A program made the translations under genes and the position numbers. A model generated the notes under the pieces. The model searched no databases. It saw only the letters and a program-made list of their open reading frames with translations, and was not told the origin of the DNA. A stretch of 17,285 nt of DNA from a bacterium (lineage in GTDB: Bacteria; SZUA-182; DTGQ01), in the NCBI GenBank assembly GCA_040752695.1, contig JBFMGO010000121.1, forward strand, positions 1 through 17,285, in the 5' to 3' direction. Positions 1 through 7,572 of this stretch are shown piece after piece; the first letter of the stretch is position 1, and every line of letters begins with the position of its first letter.

Positions 1-14
1 CAAAATATATTTAT

Positions 15-30
15 AGCAAATTATATGCCA
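15..30 (-). promoter_or_regulatory. sigma-54 (-24/-12) promoter directed leftwards out of the window
   Basis: Reverse complement of 15-30 reads TGGCATATAATTTGCT, giving GG-N10-GC and a close match to the TGGCAC-N5-TTGCW consensus, in an AT-rich non-coding region. Confidence 0.75.
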
Positions 31-185
31 ATTATAAATTGATATAACATCAAGTGTAATGTAACGTTTTATCATTGAGATATGACTATTGAGAAGTATA
101 AGGACACCTGAGAAATAAGAAATGGAGTTCCTAATATAGGAAAAATTTTTCATGTATTCCCAAAATCCCGGCAATGTCAGGATCT

Positions 186-221
186 TTGAGCAAAATCCTC
201 ATGAGCTTGAGCAAAATCCTC
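186..221. promoter_or_regulatory. tandem 15-bp direct repeat, candidate enhancer (UAS) of a sigma-54 activator
   Basis: TTGAGCAAAATCCTC occurs at 186-200 and 207-221 (21-bp period). The first copy forms the palindrome TGAG-N7-CTCA. It lies about 160-190 bp upstream of the minus-strand sigma-54 promoter. Confidence 0.5.
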
Positions 222-453
222 GTTTCTCACCAAATCGGTCAGGCTCGATCGATGTAATCAGCTCATTTCCCCCCTTGAAGGGAGCGAGGAATCCATGCTG
301 CTCTCTTCCTTATATTCCTTATATGAGGCAGGATGAAGGGATGAAGGTGCCTTTCAGGGGAATTTTTCCTCTTCCCTTCCCGCCGTTTCCCCGGTCTTTT
401 TCTCATTCCTATGCAGTTGAATAATAAAATTATCCGATATGTCTATATCGTCA

Positions 454-507
454 GACAGACTTACATTGCAGGGCAGGGTTACATTACTGGACAGATGTAC
501 ATTGTCT
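454..507. repeat. three imperfect 18-bp direct repeats upstream of the operon
   Basis: GACAGACTTACATTGCAG / GGCAGGGTTACATTACTG / GACAGATGTACATTGTCT. Confidence 0.6.
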
Positions 508-662
508 GTCAGATTCATAGTATTCAGTCAAGATTCAAGCGGGCGGGCAGGCGTCAGGGCACCTTAGGCTGATGTGAAAAAAGGCCGGTGTAACTTGCGG
601 GGCGAAGCTGTGCCCAATGAATTTTTCAGTGGAAAATTTTAGAGAGGAATGTTTATGAAAAA

Positions 663-1766
663 ATGATTCAAGAGGTTAACACCTTTTTAGAATTTCAGGA
701 AATTGAGCATGCATGGGACGATCTCTACCAGCGGGCAATGATCAGTAACCTTTTTCTGACTCACACTTGGCTCACGCTTTGGATCAAACACTTTGGGAAT
801 GGTCAGACCTTTGCTTTGTTGCATGTGCCAGACGGTGCCCCCAAACCGGAGGCTGGTGTCGTTTTAAAGCGGTACAACAAGTCGATAGGCTTTATCGAGA
901 ATGACTTTTCCGCTTATCCAGATTTTCTGGCAACACCTCAGTCGATTGGTGCCATCCAGGACTTACTGACCCATGTGAAAGGAAGGCATTTGCCATCCAA
1001 ATTGGTTTTTGCGGGAGTCAGTGCCAATTCCGTTTTGTGCAAAAACAGTGCGAGCCTGGCTAAAGATCAGTGGGTTCCGATCTTCAAATACCCTAGTCAG
1101 ATGCGGTCGATCCTGATTTCCGGTACCTTCGACTCTTATTTCAAATTGCAGGGAGCGAAGTTCAGATCAGAAACACGGCGAAAGGTCCATCGGGCGGAGA
1201 AAAATTTCCGGGTCGGATTAAGGACATTCTCCCACGGTAGAGAGAAGACAGAACTGTTTGAAATGGTGAGATTAATTGAGCAGGATTCATGGAAAGCCCG
1301 GATCGGATCGGACATTATCCACAACGAAAAGCAATTGGCCTTCTATGGCGATGTATTCGAGCGTTATGCAGAGCAGGACAAGGCAAGGATTTATGTACTC
1401 TATTTTAATGATCAGCCCGTTTCATTCATCTTCGGAATCCTGTTAGACCGTACGTATTATGCTCTTAAAACTTCATACAGGCTTTTCTACCGCGATTATT
1501 CACCAGGGCTTGTCTTATTTGCAAAAATCATTCAGTCACTCTTTGAGGAGAAAGAGGTAAAAAGGCTGGAATTCCTTGGTTCTGATGCCAGATGGAAGGA
1601 AGAATTTTCCAATTATCAGGAAGATTTTTGTACTCTTGAGCTTTACCCCATGGGCCTGAAATCGTTATCTTACAACATGCTCTACCTGTATATTCGCCCA
1701 CTCATCAAGAGGTTAAAAATCATAACCTTAATCAGAAAATTGCAGAGAAGATCAGAACATTCGTGA
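663..1766 (+). CDS. GNAT-family N-acetyltransferase, CelD/BcsL (Acetyltransf_6)-like
   Basis: 367-aa ORF. N-terminal 'WDDL...FLTHTWLTLW' segment, central 'KFRSETRRK' and 'SWK', C-terminal 'YSPGLVL...EFLGSDARWKEEF', all typical of this EPS-associated GNAT family. Confidence 0.8.
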   Translation: MIQEVNTFLEFQEIEHAWDDLYQRAMISNLFLTHTWLTLWIKHFGNGQTFALLHVPDGAPKPEAGVVLKRYNKSIGFIENDFSAYPDFLATPQSIGAIQDLLTHVKGRHLPSKLVFAGVSANSVLCKNSASLAKDQWVPIFKYPSQMRSILISGTFDSYFKLQGAKFRSETRRKVHRAEKNFRVGLRTFSHGREKTELFEMVRLIEQDSWKARIGSDIIHNEKQLAFYGDVFERYAEQDKARIYVLYFNDQPVSFIFGILLDRTYYALKTSYRLFYRDYSPGLVLFAKIIQSLFEEKEVKRLEFLGSDARWKEEFSNYQEDFCTLELYPMGLKSLSYNMLYLYIRPLIKRLKIITLIRKLQRRSEHS

Positions 1767-2815
1767 TGAACGGTTTCTATAAATTCAAGTGCAGGATCAA
1801 GCGGTTTGTCGTGCCTGTCCTGTTTCGCAGCGGTTATTATTCATGGCTTCTGCGAAAAGGAGGAAACACCAGCCGTTGTCTGATCCTGATGTATCACCGG
1901 GTTGGAGGCGATGAAGATAAGAGCCTGTATGGAATCAGTAAACAGAACTTCGAAAGGCAGATGCAGTTTTTGAGAGAGCACATGAGGCCGATTCCTCTCT
2001 CTTTTTTAGTCGACAGGCTGCAAAACCGCTCTCCTATTCCTCCAAAATCGGTAGTTGTCACTTTCGATGATGGGTATGCGGATAACTATTTCAATGCCTA
2101 TCCTGTTTTAAGAAAATACCGGATTCCGGCCACCATTTTTCTGGTGGCCGGCTATATCAGCACAGGCAAGCGATTCTGGTGGGATCAGTTGCGGGCCGTA
2201 GTCCAGCGGAATCCCAATTTGCCAACGGTTCTTGAAAAGGATTGCTTTCTTCCTCCCCGTGTCCTGGCCAGGTGGCTTTCGGGCGGGCCGCACAGCTACC
2301 AGGAACTGGCAGAATCCCTGATTGCCCATATATGGCGGAATCAGAATACCTGTCCGGACCACTGGATCGAGCTTTTGGGGAGAGGATTGGAGAAGGACCT
2401 TTCGACTGACGATTATGCTCCCCTGACCTGGGAGCAGGTCAAGGAAATGAGTCATCATGATCTTGAATTCGGCTCTCATACGGTCAGTCACCCCAATATG
2501 GTGCATCTTCCTTCGGAAGAGGTGGAAGATGAGTTGAGGATGTCGAAGAAGATTATCGAAAAGCACCTTGGCTGTCCGGTAGAAGGCTTTGCCTATCCCA
2601 TCGGGCAGTGCGAACACTATGACAACCGCATCAAGACGCTGGTGCACAAGGTAGGATTTCAGTATGCCTGTACAGCTCAGTTTGGCTGCATTTACCCGGA
2701 GAACTGGGACATCCTCTCCCTCAGGCGGATCCCTCCGCCGAACTCTTTACCCTGCTTTGTGCGGGATATCGGCTATTATTTAAGTCTTCCACCTCTGGAT
2801 GGTTCTGTGCGATGA
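1766..2815 (+). CDS. polysaccharide deacetylase (NodB/CE4 family)
   Basis: Motifs ILMYHRV, TFDDGY, FGSHTVSH and FAYPIG. ATG at 1766 overlaps the upstream TGA; GTG at 1763 is an alternative start. Confidence 0.92.
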   Translation: MNGFYKFKCRIKRFVVPVLFRSGYYSWLLRKGGNTSRCLILMYHRVGGDEDKSLYGISKQNFERQMQFLREHMRPIPLSFLVDRLQNRSPIPPKSVVVTFDDGYADNYFNAYPVLRKYRIPATIFLVAGYISTGKRFWWDQLRAVVQRNPNLPTVLEKDCFLPPRVLARWLSGGPHSYQELAESLIAHIWRNQNTCPDHWIELLGRGLEKDLSTDDYAPLTWEQVKEMSHHDLEFGSHTVSHPNMVHLPSEEVEDELRMSKKIIEKHLGCPVEGFAYPIGQCEHYDNRIKTLVHKVGFQYACTAQFGCIYPENWDILSLRRIPPPNSLPCFVRDIGYYLSLPPLDGSVR

Positions 2816-4083
2816 AGCGGATACTGATCATTTCGTACTATTATCCGCCTCTTTTGGATGTAGGGGCCTTGAGGGCTCTGGGGTTTTCCCGTTATTTGCC
2901 GGAGTATGGCTGGCAGCCCTATGTGGTTTCAGTTAAAAATCCCGATCCTGCTTACTGCCTGCTCGGAGAGGAATCGTTTCCCTCTCACGTGCAGGTTTCC
3001 TATACGCGTTCTTTAGTCAACCTGGCCCGGTTCAATGGGCTGGCCAACGGGTTCATGTCCCGGGTATCCAGGTTCCTGGGAAAGGATCATCTTCAGAATC
3101 TGGCGGATATCCTTTTCTTACCCGATATCTTCGTTGGCTGGGTCCCGCTTTCCTGCTGGACAGCCTACAGGCTTATCCGGAAATACCGAATCGAGGTTAT
3201 TTACGTTTCCGCCAAACCATTCAGTTCAACCCTGACCGGGACAATCCTGAAGCGGCTTACCGGCAAGTTCCTGATACTGGATTTCCGGGACCCGATATCT
3301 TTAGAGGCTATGGGAGAGAGTGAACCGAAGGAAAACCGTTTCTACTGGAGAACCATTCGCAGACTGGAAAAACTGGTGTTGAGCCAGACAGACTGGCTTT
3401 TAGTAACCAGCCGCAAGACTCAGGAGCGATACATCCACCTTTATCCCTTTCTCAAGGATAAGTGTTCGGTGATTTACAACGGCTTTTTGGATGAGCTTCT
3501 TCCTGCGGCGCATTCCTCTGCGGGCAGCCGGTTTTCCATTATCTATACCGGTAACTTCTATCCGACCCTCCCCGGAGCGGATATCTTTTTCGAAGGCTTA
3601 CATCAGGTTTTGGCCGAAGGTAAAATCCTCAGGGATAAAATACGGTTCTACTACTTTGGCGACAACGAGAAATGGTTTCACAGCATGAAAGTGAAATATC
3701 AGTTGCATGGAGTGATCCAACACTGTGGATACACGAACCGCAAAAGGGCATTGCAGCATATCGCCGACTCCTCTTTGTTTCTCTTAAGATCCAGAGGGGA
3801 TATGATCAGCGCCAAACTCTACGAGGCACTGGCCATCGGTAAACCCATCCTCTCTTTAGATTCTACCGACGAGGTCGCCCAGCTTATCAGGAACTACTCC
3901 TCGAACTTCTACCTTCTTTTTGCCGGAGATGGACCGGAAAAGGTGGCTGGAGCCATCCACTATGCCTACGAAAGGTGGGAGAAAGGGGACTGGCCGACTA
4001 TCCCGAACGAAGAGTATCTGGAGAGATTCAATAAACGGCGATTGACTCAGCAAATGGCTTCCGTTTTGGAAAGGGTTCGTTAA
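2812..4083 (+). CDS. glycosyltransferase family 4 (GT-B)
   Basis: N-terminal 'MKRILIISYYYPP...GALR', then 'DFRDP', 'IYNGF', 'IIYTG' and 'KLYEALAIGKPI'. ATGA coupling to the deacetylase stop. Confidence 0.88.
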   Translation: MKRILIISYYYPPLLDVGALRALGFSRYLPEYGWQPYVVSVKNPDPAYCLLGEESFPSHVQVSYTRSLVNLARFNGLANGFMSRVSRFLGKDHLQNLADILFLPDIFVGWVPLSCWTAYRLIRKYRIEVIYVSAKPFSSTLTGTILKRLTGKFLILDFRDPISLEAMGESEPKENRFYWRTIRRLEKLVLSQTDWLLVTSRKTQERYIHLYPFLKDKCSVIYNGFLDELLPAAHSSAGSRFSIIYTGNFYPTLPGADIFFEGLHQVLAEGKILRDKIRFYYFGDNEKWFHSMKVKYQLHGVIQHCGYTNRKRALQHIADSSLFLLRSRGDMISAKLYEALAIGKPILSLDSTDEVAQLIRNYSSNFYLLFAGDGPEKVAGAIHYAYERWEKGDWPTIPNEEYLERFNKRRLTQQMASVLERVR

Positions 4084-4086
4084 AGG

Positions 4087-4140
4087 GGGGCAGAGAATAG
4101 AGGAGGGGCAGGGAATAGAGAAGGAGCCGGGAATAGAGAT
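4087..4140 (+). repeat. 3 x 18-bp purine-rich tandem repeat at the GT4/flippase junction
   Basis: GGGGCAGAGAATAGAGGA / GGGGCAGGGAATAGAGAA / GGAGCCGGGAATAGAGAT. Confidence 0.85.
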
Positions 4141-5578
4141 TTCCGTCAGGCAAAAAGTTCGATCAGCCACCACCTGGTTAGCGGGGACAAGGCTGATCGG
4201 ACAACTTTTGACCATGGGTATTACCATTACCATCACCCGGCTTCTGGAACCAGCGGATTTCGGGCTTTTCGGAATGGCCAACCTGGTCATCTCCTTTTTG
4301 ACCCTGTTTGAAGGAATAGGGCTGGATGCGGCCATAATCCAGAACCAGGATCTGGGCCAGGAGGATCTGGACCGGGTTTTCTGGCTGATGGTTTCAGTCA
4401 ATACCGGCCTGTACGTGATAACCTTTTTCCTCGCTCCTTTCATGGCCGGGTTTTTCCGGGAGGGAAAACTGTCGGTCATGATCAGGATTCTCGGAATCAA
4501 TCTGATTCTGGCTTCTCTCTATGGAGTACCGTATAACCTGATGACCAGGGACCTGAGCTTTGATCACCGGTCCAAAGCGGAGCTGGTTTCAGGTGTGGGG
4601 CACAGCACGATCTGCCTGGCCATGGTATTGGCCGGATGGAAGGTCTGGTCGTTGATTTACAGCAGTCTGGCCACTCCGCTCATCATGATCGGCCTGATTT
4701 ATTATTACCGCAGGTGGACTTTCAGGGTTTGCTCTCCCTTAAGCAAAAAGTGCCGGGGACTTCTTCACTTCGGGAGTCAAATCATGCTTTCCCGGACCTT
4801 GTGGTATATTTATTCCAACTCCGATTTTCTCATAGCCGGGCGTATTCTGGGCAAGGAGGCCCTCGGCAATTATACCCTGGCCTTCGAGATGGCTTCTCTC
4901 CCTCTGGAAAAGGTGGTTTCACTGATTCCGCAAATCGCTTATCCCACCTTTTCTCAGGTCCAGAAGGAGGAAGAGAAGGTCCGGCACTACTATTTAAAAA
5001 CCATCCGGCTGGTGGCTCTGGTCGTCTTTCCCCTGTTTCTGGGGCTCTTCCTGGTGGCTCAGGATTTCATCCTGCTGGTTTTCACCGGCAAATGGTCAGC
5101 GGCCATTGAACCTCTCAGGATTCTGTGTCTCATGTCAATCCTTCGCTCCATGGCAGTATTGGGCGCTCCTTTGACCAACGCCCTTGGCAGACCGGGCATC
5201 GCCCTGTTCAACTCGTTTCTCTGCGCCCTTTCTTTGCCTGCCGCGTTTTGGGTAGGAGCCAGATCCGGTATCCGGGGAATCTCCCTTGCCTGGCTTTTCG
5301 TGTATCCGGTTCTTTTCCTTTTCATGACCTGGAATTCCACCCGCATTATTCACATCTCGGCCAAAGAGTATTGGACGAACCTCCTGCCCGTCATGGAGGG
5401 GAGTCTGGTCATGGCGATTTTTGTTTACGGCCTTAGATTATGGTTTTTGACGGATTTCGGGCCGTGGTTTCGCCTCATCCTCACCTGTCTGACCGGGGCT
5501 TTGGGATATCTGATTTTTTTATGGGTGGCTCACCGGTCTTTGCTGAAAGAGTTGTGGGAATTCGCGAGGAGAGACTGA
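4133..5578 (+). CDS. Wzx/WzxC-type polysaccharide flippase (MOP superfamily)
   Basis: Multi-TM protein with 'RLLEPADFGLFGMA', 'GLDAAIIQ' and 'NSDFLIAGRILGKEALGNY'. The frame is open upstream of the TTG at 4208 and encodes the family-like N-terminus 'EISVRQKVRSATTWLAGTRLIGQLL'. Start placed by inference at ATA 4133, 6 nt after AAGGAG. Confidence 0.88.
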   Translation: MEISVRQKVRSATTWLAGTRLIGQLLTMGITITITRLLEPADFGLFGMANLVISFLTLFEGIGLDAAIIQNQDLGQEDLDRVFWLMVSVNTGLYVITFFLAPFMAGFFREGKLSVMIRILGINLILASLYGVPYNLMTRDLSFDHRSKAELVSGVGHSTICLAMVLAGWKVWSLIYSSLATPLIMIGLIYYYRRWTFRVCSPLSKKCRGLLHFGSQIMLSRTLWYIYSNSDFLIAGRILGKEALGNYTLAFEMASLPLEKVVSLIPQIAYPTFSQVQKEEEKVRHYYLKTIRLVALVVFPLFLGLFLVAQDFILLVFTGKWSAAIEPLRILCLMSILRSMAVLGAPLTNALGRPGIALFNSFLCALSLPAAFWVGARSGIRGISLAWLFVYPVLFLFMTWNSTRIIHISAKEYWTNLLPVMEGSLVMAIFVYGLRLWFLTDFGPWFRLILTCLTGALGYLIFLWVAHRSLLKELWEFARRD

Positions 5579-5584
5579 AAAATT

Positions 5585-7447
5585 ATGCCTGGATTGTTTG
5601 GCTTTTATCAAAAAAAATCCGGCATTCAGGAAAGCTCGCAAGAGCTCCTGGACCGGATGAAAAACCACATGCAGCGCAGATCCAGTCGAATCTGCGACAC
5701 GGTGGCCCTCGACCGGTTCGCTGCGGGCCGCCTGACTCTGGGTACTCTGGACCCGTCACCCCAGCCTGTGGTCAGTCCGGACAAGCGGTACCTGTTGTTT
5801 TTCGACGGGCAGATTTATGAATACCAGTCCCTGAAGCGCGACCTGAAGGAGCGCGGATATCTCTTTCCCCGGGATGCGGAAGCTGAGTTGATCATGAACC
5901 TTTTTCTTGACCAGGGGATCGGATTTGCCCAGTACTTAAAGGGGATTTTTGTGGTGGTCGTGTATGATCGAGTCACCCACACGCTCCTTTTGGCCAATGA
6001 CCGCTATGGCCTGTTTCCTCTCTACTGCAAGGATTCACCTGACCGGTTTTCCTTTTCTTCGGAACTCAAAGGACTGCTTCCCGTTATGGGGGAAGACAGG
6101 AGGATCGACAAGAGCGCATTGTGCGATTTTTATAATTTTCAGTTTATCATGGGGGACAAGACCTTCCTAGCCGATATCAGACTTCTTCCCTACGCCACGG
6201 TCATGGAGGTGAGAAAAGATGGAATCAGCCAGCGCCGGTACTGGAACTACCCGTATCAGAACACTGAGCGGGACCCCGGCCCCGATAGTCTTATTGAGGA
6301 AGGTCTTACGCTGATCAAAAAGGCGGTCCAAAACCAGTTGAAGCCGGACCTTAAGGTCGGCATCCCTTTGAGCGGAGGGTTGGATTCCCGGCTGTTGGGG
6401 ACAATCGCCTCTTTGGACCAGGCGCGGGTGAATTTTTTCCATGCAGGCAGCAATCCCCGCTATCTGGAGACGCAGGCAGCGCAAAAGGTGTGCGGCTTCC
6501 TGGATGGAGAATGGCACTTTTTTGACCTTCGTGCCCAGGACGTAACCACCCTGATTCCGGAAGTGCTCAGCCTCAACGACAGCCATTTTTCCTGCCGCCA
6601 GAGCTGGCTCCTCGGTATTGCCAAGGCAGCGGCCAGGGAAGGAAGGGCGAATATCCTCCTTGACGGCTATTGCTTCGATGTGCAACTGGGGTCCACTTTT
6701 TCGTCCAGCGGCAAAAGCTCCTCCTCCGGCTTCTCTCCTGAAGAGAGGATCAGGATGGCGCGGGATACCTATTGCGGATTTTATCCGGAATTTGCCCGGC
6801 AGTTTTTTACCCCTGAATTTTCCCGCTCTCTCATCGGGGTAACGGCTGAAAATATCCGGATTATGAGCGAGGAGCGCATCCATGAGCCTATGGACAACTG
6901 GCTCCAGTATTTCTGTTTTGTCAACCGGGCCAGGAGGTTCACCATCGGCAACCCCTGGGTAAACCGGAATTATATCGAGAGCGCCTTCCCCTACATGGAT
7001 TACGACCTGTTCGACTTCTGCCTGCGCCTGCCCCCTCACTACCGGCAAAAGAGCTGGCTGTACAGGCAGATTTTTCTACGCTACTTCCCGAATCTGTCCA
7101 GAATTCCCTGGAGCAAGACCGGCCTGCCCCTGCACCGGTATCAGACCGGTATTTCATGCCTGCGAGACATAGTCAAAGGGTCGGGATACTACCTCAATCG
7201 CCTGAGCAGGGGGCAGTGGGAATTGGGCAATTCGGATGTAAATCCCAGCCGCCGGTTTCGCAAGGACCCCGCTTATCGCCGCTTTTTCCTGAACATTCTA
7301 AAGGATAAGCGCACCTTTAGCAGGGGTATGGTTTCCAGGCAGGGAATCGAAAACCTGATCCGGTATCTTGATTCCGGAAGGAATTATTTTGACCTGGTAG
7401 AGGCCATCGTTACCGTGGAATTTTTCTTCCGCTCCTTCATGGATTGA
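5585..7447 (+). CDS. asparagine synthetase B-like amide ligase with degenerate glutaminase domain
   Basis: Ntn-domain segments 'QPVVS', 'FDGQIY', 'DRYGLFPLY' and 'SSELKGL'. Synthetase PP-loop 'LSGGLDSR', plus 'FPYMDYDL'. N-terminus is MPGLFG rather than MCGI. Confidence 0.88.
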   Translation: MPGLFGFYQKKSGIQESSQELLDRMKNHMQRRSSRICDTVALDRFAAGRLTLGTLDPSPQPVVSPDKRYLLFFDGQIYEYQSLKRDLKERGYLFPRDAEAELIMNLFLDQGIGFAQYLKGIFVVVVYDRVTHTLLLANDRYGLFPLYCKDSPDRFSFSSELKGLLPVMGEDRRIDKSALCDFYNFQFIMGDKTFLADIRLLPYATVMEVRKDGISQRRYWNYPYQNTERDPGPDSLIEEGLTLIKKAVQNQLKPDLKVGIPLSGGLDSRLLGTIASLDQARVNFFHAGSNPRYLETQAAQKVCGFLDGEWHFFDLRAQDVTTLIPEVLSLNDSHFSCRQSWLLGIAKAAAREGRANILLDGYCFDVQLGSTFSSSGKSSSSGFSPEERIRMARDTYCGFYPEFARQFFTPEFSRSLIGVTAENIRIMSEERIHEPMDNWLQYFCFVNRARRFTIGNPWVNRNYIESAFPYMDYDLFDFCLRLPPHYRQKSWLYRQIFLRYFPNLSRIPWSKTGLPLHRYQTGISCLRDIVKGSGYYLNRLSRGQWELGNSDVNPSRRFRKDPAYRRFFLNILKDKRTFSRGMVSRQGIENLIRYLDSGRNYFDLVEAIVTVEFFFRSFMD

Positions 7448-7473
7448 GGATGGGATGGTGGGCTGTATCTCTC

Positions 7474-7522
7474 CTGACTTTTGGCTTTTGACTTCTGACT
7501 TTTGACTTCTGAATCCTGACTT
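7474..7522. repeat. 7 x 7-bp tandem repeat (consensus YTGACTT)
   Basis: CTGACTT TTGGCTT TTGACTT CTGACTT TTGACTT CTGAATC CTGACTT, with more degenerate units to about 7536. Confidence 0.9.
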
Positions 7523-7572
7523 CTTACTCCTTAACTGATATAACAGAGCACGATACAAAAAGGGACCCTGGC

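Noticed and set aside
152..424. 90-aa ORF in the leader region
   Set aside because: Low-complexity, Pro/Phe-rich translation of repeats and regulatory DNA; no clear RBS or family motif.
540..613. ops/JUMPstart element or plus-strand sigma-54 promoter for the operon
   Set aside because: GGCGGGCAGGCG is not GGCGGTAG, and the GG-N10-GC at 600-613 lacks the TGGCA and TTGC context.
6167..7048. Long antisense ORFs (also 11484-12374, 3856-4500, 2108-2647, 10768-11352)
   Set aside because: Shadows of well-supported plus-strand genes; no recognisable motifs.
5585..7447. Lasso peptide or other RiPP cluster based on the Cys-less AsnB and ATP-grasp genes
   Set aside because: No precursor peptide, B1/B2 (PqqD/transglutaminase) proteins or ABC exporter in the window; neighbours are glycan genes.
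7298..7558. Minus-strand 86-aa ORF with RSQKSEVKSQKS
   Set aside because: It is the translation of the heptamer array plus antisense of the AsnB-like gene.
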